From: Podarcis melisellensis
Lineage: Eukaryota
Strand: one strand, 5' to 3'
NCBI GenBank assembly: GCA_964234715.1
Contig: OZ174277.1
DNA length: 64,000 bases
A program made the position numbers and the translations under genes. Within the stretch, counting starts at the first letter, position 1; each line of letters starts with the position of its first letter. The notes under the pieces are model-generated. The model saw nothing but the letters and a program-made list of their open reading frames with translations. It was not told the DNA's origin and ran no database searches. Below, piece by piece: positions 1-12,700 of this stretch.

Positions 1-611
1 TAAGCAGGTGCAGGATTTGAAGGGACCTCATGTAGTTTTATCACCATTCATGTGCTAAGGATGTGTTAGAGATAGATTAAACTCCTGGTACATTGGGTAA
101 GAGGGCTTACAGCAAGTGTGTGGAAAGGGAAGCTACCTAAGTGTAATTTCATTGCGATTAGGGAGCTTGATCAGACAAAATGATCCCAGAGCTTTCTTGC
201 TGTGTCCTGTGCCAGCAACTCTCAGATACCACAATCAGCCTTTAGTGGATTTGCAGAATGCTGTTCTCGTTTTGCTTATGATTAGTGCTCAGAAAAATGG
301 CGTGAAAAATAAATGTGGTTTTGAGGGGCAATTGAAAACTCACTGGCCCCGCATGTAAGCAGTCTAGTTTTGCATTCCAGCTTCTCTCAAGCTGAGGCTT
401 AGTTCAGGTTGCACCTGAGCATTACAAGCTGGGCAGATCTGTATCCTGAAGCAGGTGACTTCAGACTTCAACAAACAACCCATTTGGAGTTTCCCCGGTT
501 TCTTTTGAAATCGTTCATTTGAAAGTTGCTGCAGAATTAGAATATAAGGATTTCAGCATTTGTTATAAATGTGATCTTTCATCTGGTTTTTTGTTTGTTT
601 GTTTGTTTTAG

Positions 612-701
612 GTAGTGTGTCTATTCAGGGACATTTTTGGTCAGGATGCTGAACCATATATGGGTTCCAGACAGTTCCACATCACTCCTTATGACGTCCA
701 G
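612..701 (+). CDS. MDN1: MDN1 exon 1/62 in window
   Basis: AG/GT bounded; VVCLFRDIFG..PYDVQ. Confidence 0.9.
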
Positions 702-3700
702 GTGAGAGAGAACAAAAGTTGCTGCTACTTGGGCATCTTCTTGAATTTCTGCTCCACACTATACATGCACACTAATGCACTTGCTTATTTTGTTTTTAAT
801 TCTACTGAAGGTTGGTTTCTCAATCCTCTCCCGCGCAAACTATGCTCCTCCTCCTGGCAGAAACTTATCCCTGCTTCACCATTCACTCCAGCCCTTGGAG
901 TCCATCATGAAATGTGTGCATATGAGTTGGATGGTGATATTGGTAGGCCCTGCGGCTGCTGGCAAGACCAGCCTCATTCAGCTTCTAGCATATCTGACAG
1001 GTCATCAGTTGAAGATCATGGCGATGAACAGTTCTATGGATACAACCGAGCTGTTAGGTGGATTTGAGCAAGTAAGTGTGCATTTTTTAAATTTGGGAAT
1101 AAGGAAAAGTCAAGTGCATACAAGATACCACTTAACTTAAATTTGAGGAGTATATGAATGGGCAAAGTTTAAATGTCTTAACTGAAAGCAAGAAAGAAAC
1201 ACCTCTAAGTGGTTTCCAAAACAGTGCTGAAGGAACCCAGTGGGAAGTGGTGGTTCAAGCAGTGACCAATGTAATAAATGTCCTATAGGTTGACATCATT
1301 AGGCCTTGGAAGAGCTTGCTGGAGAAGGTGGAGAACGTTGTAAGCACACTTCTAAGAGACAGCCTCCTCCTCACTGCTATCTGTCCAGAAGATGCTGAAA
1401 TTGTGCTGCGTGCCTGGAGCAGTTTCGTTCTAAATTTCAAGCCAAAGTCCCTTGGGGAAGGGAATCAAAACATAACCATTGAACTGGTGAACAAATTGGA
1501 GGGAGTCCTTGCACTGGTCCAGCGGCTGAACAACAAGATCAGCTCCTACTCAAAGCCAGGTATGCACAGAAGCAGTAGGAAGTGATAGCATTTTTCCCTT
1601 TTAAAATGTCATCAGCTAAGCATGTGCAAATTCCAGTTGCTGCATGCTACCAGAGAAGGCAAAAACCACAAAGCATTTTAAAGACTGCTCTGATGTTAAA
1701 AGGAAGACATTTTCATGGCGAGAGATGGTGTGCCTTTATGGAGCAGTTGTCAACTGAGATAAATGTGTACAAATGTGACCAGAGGAAAAGTATGAGTATT
1801 TGTGGTGCCACATGGTCTAGACATGTGTGCAACCACCTCTCTATTCTCCTGCACCCACTGGCATTCAGCCGAAGTGTGCAGGAACTTTACAGTGATGAAT
1901 GCACTTAGAGCACTTGTGAGCAAGCCACCCAGGTCCATATTTATTAAAGCTACATAATCTGCGGAAGCACAAAGCATAATTATTTGCTTCCTTAAAGATT
2001 TTTCCAGCCTCCATCACAGTTATGGTTGCTCCGCTCCCCCACACCAGTTAGCAATAGTCTATTATGTTTATCATTCTGTGAATATTAAAGACATTCTCCC
2101 TTTTTAATGAAAACCTGGTTGAACTACATGCATTAGTTTAGACATCACATCTTGTCGAAGCTAATGCAAAGATCTTATGATCACAACTGAACAAAGAAAG
2201 AGGGACCGTTTTTCTAGTTGGCAAAGGATACTAGACTAAATGTAGTTGTGAAAAGCCCTCTGTGTGAATCTTGAGTACTGGCTTATTGGTTCATTGAATC
2301 GTATTCTAAGTATCTCTCCCCCCGATTTTAGAGTTTTCAAGACTTGTAGAAGAATTTCGGCACTTCAAGCTGCAGGTTATTCAGTATATGAGCAGCAGCA
2401 ACCACGGCACATTTGAATGGGTTGATGGGATGTTGGTTCAGGCTTTACAGTCCGGAGAATGGCTCTTGATGGACAATGTTAACTTCTGCAGGTAAACGCA
2501 ACTGTGTTGTTAGAAAGAAATTATCATAAATATAGAAAACCACATTGGATAAACGTCACTGAATCTCTGTTACAAATCATGTACCAGATCAAAGAGAGAA
2601 ATTCAAGGAGTAGATCATCATTTACTGTTTCAAAGGAAACTGGATTATACAGTTATCTCCCATCTACTCAAGGAGGTCCTTTGCTCCAGCAGACACTTCC
2701 GTGAACAGAAGGGGGAAGTCATAAGGCAATTTTTGCTTATTTCTCCCTTTTCTCTGTAGCCTGCTGTGACCCCCCCCCAAAAAAAAGAATTCTTGCTCCA
2801 GAGGGTTAGGGAACACTTTGGAAAAGGAGGAGGCAATGCAGAAGAAAGGGGGGAGTTTGCAAAAAATTGCACACATTGCTTTCCCCTCCCTTCCAGTCAC
2901 AGAAGCATCCACTGGGGCAAAGAGTCATTGTTGAGCAGAGGGGACAGAACTGGACACCATCCCATGACATTTCTGCATTACTTCCGTATATCTGATGCTA
3001 TAAAACTGATCAGATTGAGCAGGGCGGCGGGAAGGAATACTCCTTCCATTATGAAGCCAAATGAATGCTTGCAGTTGTTAGTAAATCAGTGAGCCACCTT
3101 TAGTGCTTAATTGTTCCTTTACTTCTTGTGTGTAGTCCTTCTGTGCTGGACCGCTTGAATGCTCTGCTTGAACCTGGAGGAGTCCTCACCATGAGTGAAA
3201 GAGGGGTGATTGATGGTGTAACCCCCACTATCACACCGCATCCAAATTTCAGGTGCGCTGACATTCTTTGTGCTTATTGGAGTGTGTTGTTGGATTATGC
3301 TTTGAGAGTTGCAGTATGCATTGGGGTGGGAACACTGTCTCTTTAAGGTATCACTACTGCAGCCTTGAAAATAAGTGTAGGTTTGATCATCGCTCAGCTG
3401 GGTCAACAAAGTGATGTATTGCTTGATAGTTTTATCTTAGCATCCCCCCCTTTTTTTACAACAAGGTCATTTGTCTTCCTTTGCTGGGCAGCAAAGCAGT
3501 GTGATGCACGAATGCTAGTCTCTCCACCTTCTCTGAACTGCATGTGTATATGCAGGCACGCACGGACACACATACGTTTTCATTCTCTGCTTAATTATTG
3601 CCTTTAGATTGTTAACTGGATTCTTGTGTTTTTTAAAACAATCATTTCCTCCTTTTCTGTATAAAGCCTAGAGAGCATTTGCTGTTTGGGTGTCCAGCAA

Positions 3701-6700
3701 GTTTAATAAAGCAGGTTGGGGAGGTTGGTTGGTTAGAGTGCAGTGTTGATAATGCCAAGGTTGCAGGCTTGATCCCTGTATAAGGACAGTTGCATATTCC
3801 TTCACTGCAGGGGGCTGGAATCAGTGATCCTCAGGGTCCCTTCCAACTCTACAATTCTTTGATTCTAAGTAGGATAAGGAGAGGAGGAAGCCATGAAAGT
3901 AGCAGCCACAACATGCCTCTGTGTTCACCTAGCCAAGACAGTAGAACAGTGTGGTTAGTTCCCTTTTCTGCCAAGGCAGAGTTCCCTGGTGGTGGAGAGG
4001 AGGCAGTTCAGGGGTGCAATAAGCATTTTTTAAAAAAAAACTTTGTGCATAGGGAAGACCCAGACAAACCAAGTACCCCTCTAATAGAAACTCAGCTTAG
4101 AAATGTACTGTTGGTATCGCTCTTATCAAGGTGATAACATTGATCGCTAAACATTGCAGGCAAGTGCCTAATTGCAAGGCTGTAGTGTGACCTCTTCCTC
4201 ACTCGCTCCACCCCAGGAGCAGCAGTGTAAGATTACATACTGGATGGGTAACTTAAATAACCATACTCTCTTATGTGTATTGAAACTTAAAAAGGCTTTT
4301 CCTTTCGATGGATCCATCACACGGTGAAATATCCCGAGCCATGCGGAATCGTGGAATTGAGATCTACGTTCCTGGAGAGAGTGATTCATTGGATCTTCAC
4401 GATGTGAAGCTGCTGCTTCATGGAATGGGCTTGTTTGGAAGCAGCATATGTGATGAGCTCGTGGCTGTGCATACAGAAGCTAAGGAAAGCATAGCAGGTG
4501 AGATAAGCATGCATAATAAACTTGGCAAGCGCTAAAGAGAATAACTTCCATTTAGTGATTGTGTTAGAGACCATCTGAGAGAGAGAATGAATTGGGAAAT
4601 TTTGATTATGATTTCAGATTTACAATACGGAAGTTAGCTCAGGTAGTTGGTTTGAAAAAGGGGGAAAGCAAAAAAAATGGTTAAATTCCTAGGCATTCTA
4701 CAAAGGTGCTTGGTGGGTTGTAATGTTAATTTTTCCTTCTCAGGTTCCTCTTACACTCTATCTGCTTTGATTAATGCTGCAACGCTGATCGTGCAGCAGT
4801 TGCGCCGAGGATTCGGTTTAGCAAAGAGCTTCTATAAAGCGTGTTGGGACATCTACGTCAGTTCACAGCAGTCAGGAGACAATCAAAAGGTAAGTCTTCC
4901 TCCGTTGGAAATGTGCTCATCAAGTGTTTGTGCTAGAGAGTCAACTTTTGCAAAATCAGTGAGAGACAGTTCAAAGTCTGAGTAATCAAGAATTAGAGAC
5001 CATGTATATATCTATCTTTTCAAACTAACTGCTACATTTTAATTGTTTTCCATGCCTGAGAAAAATGTTACAGAAAGACTACTGTTGTTGTTTTTCCCAG
5101 TTGAAGAACCTAATCGCAACCCTTTGTCTCTCCTGATATACTAGCATATGCTGGACTTGATAATGAAGCATGTTTCAGTCTTGGATTCAGAGGAAACGAG
5201 GGGTGCTTCCCTCCTTGCCTTAGGATTGTGGCCAGATTCTGCATCCAGTGCTTTGTTTGCAGCTGAAGACTCTCTGCTTTCTATGGTTCATCACGATGGC
5301 CAGGTCCTGGCTTACTGCCTGAACAGGCTGAATCTGAGAAACAGCAGGTGAGCACAAGGTGTTGCTATCCCTCTGGAAATATAAGAGTGAACTGTTCCAG
5401 GTTAATTGGTGAGCAGCCTTTTGCCTGCCCCTCTATGTAAATAAGTGAGCAACGTTAGCAGTTACATCTGCACTGGGCAACCATAGTTATCCTTGCTTAC
5501 AAGGTAGCAAGCAGCTCTTATTCCTTATACCTGCGAAGCTTAAGCTGCTTTCAAATGTGGGGTTTATTGTGTTGCTATTTTGGTTATAATGCTAGCCCTG
5601 CTCTACCAGTTTCTAACATTCCTTTCACACTGCATTACCTGTTGCGTTATGGAACCGTGGCTTTTTGATGGATATACCACCATGTCATGCTAAAAGTCAT
5701 TCTCACCAGTGGGCGTGACGTCACGGGTGTCATTGGGCATTTCACCCCCCTCTATATGCATACATGCTTCAGTTCCCCCATTGTGCACCCATGAAAATGT
5801 TGGGGGGAGGGGAACTGTATGATGGACTACCTACTCTCCTAGATTTCATCACATGAAAACGGCAGGGAAATTACAGCTCAAAACTACTGAGATATTCCAG
5901 GTTAATGGGGTGGTGCACAGTTGCTGTTGTTTTTCTGGAAGCAGTTAACATGGAAATGAGCATTGAACTTCCATTAGGTCCCACAGATTTCCAGATATGT
6001 CTTACATCATGTGAAAGATCACATAAAATGTGATTTTTAATAGTGCATGTTAGAAAAATGGAATACTGTAAAGCGTCAATTCTGGACGTGGCAATAGTTT
6101 GAAAGCATGGTTTCAGTGTCCAGCTGGGATTTTACTCAGAGTTAAGGCAGCACACTATGGTTACTTCTAACATGTTTAGAGGTTAAATCTCCTCTAGGCC
6201 TTTGGAAATCATATAGATGGTTTGTTCTTTGCATAGGTATGATCTTCTTACAATGACCTCTCGTTTCAGGACGCTGCCTCTCACTATACATGACTTTGAG
6301 AAAATCCTGCACTCTCCTAATCCAGACTGCCTCAAATTTGGTGCAGTGGAAGCTAGTGCCTCTTGGGCAGACGGCATGGAGGTCCTTTCTGCAGCCGTTA
6401 AGTTATTCATAGAGAAAGCAACGAATCAAGACTGGACGTTGAGAGTTGGGTGGCTTAATCAGTTAAAAAAGAATTTGCCACAAGTGCCTGGTAAGTGTTG
6501 ACTCTTGCTGCTTAAGCAAGACTAATCTGAATGTTTGTGGTGGTGGAAGAGAGTCATGCTTGAGTTTTGTAAGTAAATGTAGAGAGATGGAGGAAGTCAA
6601 AAGCATAGCGTCACCAGAATAGTGTGTGCAATAAGTGAGTGAAAGGAAATAGTGTCTCATGGCCAAAAAATAATAATAACCCCAAAACTGGAATTTCTTG

Positions 6701-9700
6701 GCTCTGTGGCCTACAGCTTCTTCTTGGCCTCTGATAATAATAACCATACCCATCTGGCTGGGTTTCCCTAGCTCACAACTGATTTCATATGTTGATACCA
6801 ATTCAGCTTTATCTTGATTAATTGACTGCATTCTCTGCAGGGGTTGGCTTTCTTCTCACAGCTGCCCCATGAATACCCCACTCATTCAGGTTGCTGGACT
6901 TTCAGCGCGTCACCTGATGTGTAAGGAGCTGCAGCTAATGGGAAGTAGCCCCTCCCCCCAATATTATGCACAGGAGTTCTTGGTCCTTATGCATGGGGCG
7001 GAAGGGGCTTTGGGATTGGATCGCAGCGGAATCCTTTGGCAGTCCAGGTGTTTTGATTTGTGGGACCCAGCATGTTTAATTGAAATTACACTGTTCTGTT
7101 TCGTTTCACTCGTTTTATAATTGTAATGGCTCTATCTGTTTTCATCATTGTGCTATTGCTGCAACCTGCCCTGACGATGAAGGGCGAGTAAGAATTCTTA
7201 CCAGCATATAAATAAAAATAATAAGCTTAGAAAGGCATGAATTCACATGTCCTCTTCTTTCTACAGATTCAGTGTATACTCAGCTGGAAGCCGGTGCAGC
7301 ATCTCTGAATAATTTTTACTTCAGTCCCCTCTCAGGTGCGATCAGTAATGTAATAAAGTTGCTGCAACCAAATATGACCGGTAAGATGTCTTCTTTCTCT
7401 CTTGGCTGCGAGTGTGTATTCTCTTCCTGTGTTTTTGATACAGTGAAGATTGATTTGCAATATTGAGGAGGTTATGGGGAGTGAAACGTAGCTTGCAACA
7501 GAACTGAGTGGGCTGTGTTTTGTTTGTTTTTTAAAAAAACCTTTCATTGGGCTTAGAAAATGCTACTCTGCATAAAATAAGATGCAGTAAATTGCATATT
7601 GGAACCTGCCCCACGTTCGTTCCCATTTAAACAAATCTCTCCTTTACGCAGTGAACATGTCAAAACAAAAAAAAATTCTTCCAGTAGCACCTTAAAGACC
7701 AACTAAGTTAGTTCTTGGTATGAGCTTTCGTGTGCATGCACACTTCTTCAGATACACACGCAGTGAACATGTGTTAGGTGTCTTGTATCCTGTTCATGCA
7801 ATATTTCTTGGATTGAGGGAGTTGGAAAATGTTTATAATGAAAACAAACGTGAGTTTCCCTTGTTGTTCATCTATCAAAACAGATGAGCATGTGATTCCT
7901 ATGGATCCCAGATGGAACATGCAGTGTTTGGATATCATTAGCAATTCAGTGGACTTTGAAGCAGAAGAACACTCGGATCAGCTGCTTATCCTGCTGAAAT
8001 CACTTTCAAATCGGTGAGTTCAGTCACACACGTGCTATTTCTGGGATGGGGAAACCCTGTGGCCCTTCAGATGTTTTTGGTCTCCCAACTCTCCCCATAT
8101 GGCCGATGGCCAGGCATGATGGGTGTCGTATTTCCAGCAACATGTGGAGGACCAATTGGTATCCACCTTCGTTCTGTTATTTTGATTAGAAAAGTTAGTT
8201 TGTCATTTCCACATTCTATAATAATGTATTTCCCTTTTTCAGTTGGTTGATAGTCTATAATTGTCACAGACACCCCCACCCCCCGCTTAAACTGCTAAAA
8301 ACAACAACCAATCAATCCCTGGCTCTGTTTTCTTTTGGAAGGCAAGTTGTGAGGCAGCTTTCACTAACCTGGTGCCCTTAAGAAGTTTTGGACTACAGTT
8401 CCCATCAGCCACAGCTATGCTGTGCTGGGGCTGATAAGAGTTGTAGTCCAGAACAACTCAAGGGCACCAGGTTGATGAAGGCTGGTGTAATGTACAAACT
8501 AGAAAAAGTCAGGTACCCTTATGCTCACTGATAATCCAAAATCTAAGCGTACAGTTACATCAAAACCTTTATTTCACAAGGAAACTCATTTTTACATAAA
8601 TCATTCAGAAGATTCATGCATCTTCTGCCATTACCCACTGCTGTAGTCAGAATTCTTTCCTCCTGTTTTGCTCGTCTGATGCAGATTATAAATTCTCTAT
8701 TCAGGATCCATTTCACATTAGTATTTTGGAGTGTCTAATGCTTTCTCTGCATTATGTACGTGTTAAATAGTCCCGACATGATTCAATTCGTGGGTTGTTA
8801 GCTTCCTCTTAACAGGATTTTGATTTACTATTGACATAACTTAAATGATATCCGTGTGGGTTTGTTGTGTTGTGATTACAGGGCAATACTGCTTCTGGAC
8901 CGTGAGAAAAAGAGCTACGTTGAAAGGAGCCTGATTAATACCAAAAAGCCAAGAACTAGTGCTTTGAGGATGTCACTGGAGTTCCATAAAGGTATCTATT
9001 GTGTTTCCATTTAAAAATTACTTAAACGAATCCCTGATGTTGTTTTTGTAGCATGGTGCTTGGATACAGTTCTGCATTTTCTTTTGGTTTAATTTTCTGC
9101 ATTGTCTTTTGGTTTAATTTTATTCTTAAAATGAAGATCCCGGCAGCCACAGCTCACTGCCGCATGCTGTTGTGGTGAACCTCGCAGGCTTTTTTGAACT
9201 TTGGGATGCCTTCGTGCTGAACTGGGTGAAGTCTACTCAAGGATCTGTGTCTGATGAAAAAATGTATGAAGTAAGTAGACCATACAAACATCTGGGGTCA
9301 CCCATTGCTTGGACTTTAGGAGCTGTTGACTTGCTTTCCCTGTGTTACGGTCTCTGATATTTTTGTCATACCATTTTGTTTGAAAGTGGAAACCTGGGAA
9401 GACGACATGAAATCCACCTGTCTATTCCAGTTGCTTGGAGGATCGGGCAAAGTGGTTAGTCACATTCAAGAGATTCCTCTGACTTAGGAATAAGAGCTCG
9501 TCTAAAACAGATAAATGTTTTGCCTAGTTTGAACTGTAGGGAAATAGTGTGCCCCTGTAAAGATACGTACATTCCAGAGCGAAGCCAAGGATCTATGAAT
9601 GATTGCAGAAATGGGAAGCTGATCATCTTCATGCTAAAGGATAAGCTAAATTGCAAGAACTGCAGTGCTCCAGCTTTCTGTTTTTCTGGTCTAATTTAGG

Positions 9701-12700
9701 ATGTTAGATCAGAGAAATCTGTTTCCAGAAAGATACTGTTCTCTGGAGCACAGCCTGGATGGGTCATGGAAGCTGCCTTAAGAGATTCTCTGAGCAAGGA
9801 CCACAGGGAGTCTACTTCAGGCTCATAGCTCAGTGGGTGAAGTGCAAGAGGTTACCCTCCTGAGACACCAAAGGTTGGAAGGTGCAATTTTTGCCTAGCA
9901 GCTTGTGTTCATTCTCAGGAATGAAGGTGTCTTTCTGCTCAAACAAGGCCCTTTTGGATTTAAGACATGTGTCATTTCCTAATGATTAAAGAACAATGTT
10001 CTCCACCTGAAAAAGCATTACCGTGTGCATCATGGAATGGAAGACTCATTTTTTTTTCCTGGCTTGCCTCTAGATACTGCACTGCTTATTGTGGCGTGAC
10101 AGGTTTTGGACGATATCGGACATGGTTGCTGTAGATTCCTCTGGCTTGGCACTCCTGTCTCTTCACTGGCACTGGGTTGTGAAACATTTAATCAGCAGGA
10201 CAACTAAGTTGCTGAGCACATACGAGCAGCAGAAGTATGTTGTCTTTAGCTTGTACACCAATGCATTAAATCCGAAGGCAGCCTTCTATAGGGAAGCTTT
10301 TTAAGGTTTAATGTTTTATTATGTTTCCTATATATGTTGGAATGGCTGGGATTAGAAGGTATAAAGTTCCTGCACAGAGGTATTCTTAGTGTTCCCTGTA
10401 GGTAATCATGTCAAGATGGCTATGTACCATCTATAATTCAGTTTTATTAGCAAACCTGAGGTTAAACTAACCCCTTTCCAGCCCTAGGAGGAGTGCGGGG
10501 AGTGTTTGTGTGACACACCTACACACTGCAGCTGACACACTAATGTGTCGTGACACACTGTTTGGAAAGCTTTGGACTGGGAGAATGAGGTTTCATAGGT
10601 TACTGTATATCCAGGCTGCATGCATGGTTTGATGACCAGTCTTACCTTTTCTCAGTTTTCTGTATAAACAACTATTTCTTCTCTTATTTTAAGGCTGCCC
10701 AAGGATATTCAGTCTGCCTCACAACAAATCCAGGCTTGCCTAGCCAATCCTGCTGGTGTTTCTGCTAGTGTAAAGAAGCTGCAGAAGTTTTGGGGAAGAC
10801 CTCTTCCATTCAAGGTGCAATGTATTTATATGTAACTGAGTACTGTTGACTTCTATGGAGGTTTCTCTTTGGTAATACGTTTTAGAAAAACTGTTGTATT
10901 ACACTGCTACCCCACCCATCTAGAATTATTTAAGGATCTCAGAGTTACAGAACTGCTTATAGATATTTAAGAAGGTGATCAAGTGAGTGTATGGATTTAG
11001 AAATATAAATACTCTCCTTTCAATAAAAGTTAGAGCAGACTTACTAAACACCCTACAGCGAGAGCCATAGTTAAGTTTCATCATCATCATCATTTATTAT
11101 TTATACCCCACCCATCTGGTTGGGTTTCCCCAGAATGCATGCCTTGTGCACAGAAGTTCTCAAGATTAATCTTCAGATTCCTGCCTGAAAACCCAGAGAG
11201 CTTACTGCCATTCAGTGCACACAGTACTTGGGTAGATGGACCAATCAGCTGACTTGTTTTCTGTGTTCCTAGATAGCAGTTCCTAGTACAGTATATGACT
11301 TTTGAATATACTTGCACAGCTATACAAATGCTCAGGCAGCAGATTTTTTAGTAGCATGCTTGTGCAGAAGCTGTGAGACCAATGGGGCCTGGCTTAGGAA
11401 ACGAAGCAAACCGTTGGTCCTGCCTGTCCTGTCCTGCAGCACTGCTTCTGTTAACCAGAGCCAAAAGTACCCACTCTCTTAGACAGAGTATTGCATACAT
11501 ACCAAAGTGTGCACCCTTAGTGTGGGGCATTCTCATGCTTTGGACTTTGGCGCAATTGCCTAAAGGGTTAACTGCTGCTTGCATGCATATAAATTATATG
11601 CACCGCTTCAGTCTTTACAGAAGAGGTCAGAATAAGTGGTCTTATCATGCGTTTTAGTAAAACAATACAAAATAGTGTTCAATCTATTGAGTTGGGAGTT
11701 GCCATTTTTATTTTTATTCAACTTATTCAGGATGTAGGAGTAGTGGATGCGTCTGTTCAGTTGCGGAAAATTTCCAAAGCACTTAATGTCCAGGAGCTGA
11801 GGCCCGCTATTGGAGATGGCGAATGGCAGAAGGAGGTCTGTATTCTGAAAATGGCCGCCACAGAGTGGAAAATCAAGACTGCATTGCTCCAGGCTCAAGG
11901 CCTAGTTCTCAGAGCCAATAATTTGAAGGATGTCATTTCAGGTAAATGATTTATTTGTGGTCAGGTGAAGCGAAGAACACCTCATAATGTTTGTACTACA
12001 GGTTACTTCAAATATATATTTTCATGTTCATATAGTAAGCTTCCGTGTTTCCTGCAAACGAACATACAAATTCAGATAAAATTCATATTTCTATTCTTTA
12101 TTTCTTTCAGATGAGTTATGGGCTCTGGTGAATCTCCAGCAGTCAAAGCTGAGGGAAGGAGGTGTCCTGCTTGAGCCTCTCAAAGAAAAGCCTGCTGAAG
12201 GCAAACAGGTGGATTCTAGTTTGATAACTCAGCTCTGCAATAAGGTGCAACTGTGGCCTGCAATGGAGTATCTAGCTGTGCTTTGGCAGTACAAGCTAAC
12301 CACTGATTGCATAGCCGAGGCTTCCTTGCAAAGGTGAGGACAAGTTTTCTGTGACGGAGCAAAAGGTTACTGGGATTCATGTAAGGTCGATTTTCCAGCC
12401 TTTGCCTTCCTTAAGCTTTTGTAGTCTTTTTATCTTGTGGTTTGCATGGCAGGTAGCAAATTCATGAACACGCACTCTGAGCTAGAATGTCTCAAGATGT
12501 TTTTAAACCTCAGTTCTACTGACAGAAATGCAAGTAACTTTGAATTGGGGAGAATTTCAGAACTTATGTCTCAAAAGGATTATGAGACATTATTAATATT
12601 TCTGATAAGACCAGGATGATTTTGAATGTGGGACTTTCCTTTAATTTTTAATTGACGTGTCGTGTCTTTCCCCTTTCATTATTTTTGTACCTTGGTGTGT

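Noticed and set aside
3715-3790. tRNA-like sequence
   Set aside because: Cloverleaf is broken and it runs into a CR1-like tail; it is a SINE head, not a tRNA gene.
8992-9000. Possible U12-type donors (GTATCTATT here, GTATCTCTC at 51878)
   Set aside because: They do not match the strict GTATCCTT consensus; treated as ordinary U2 introns.
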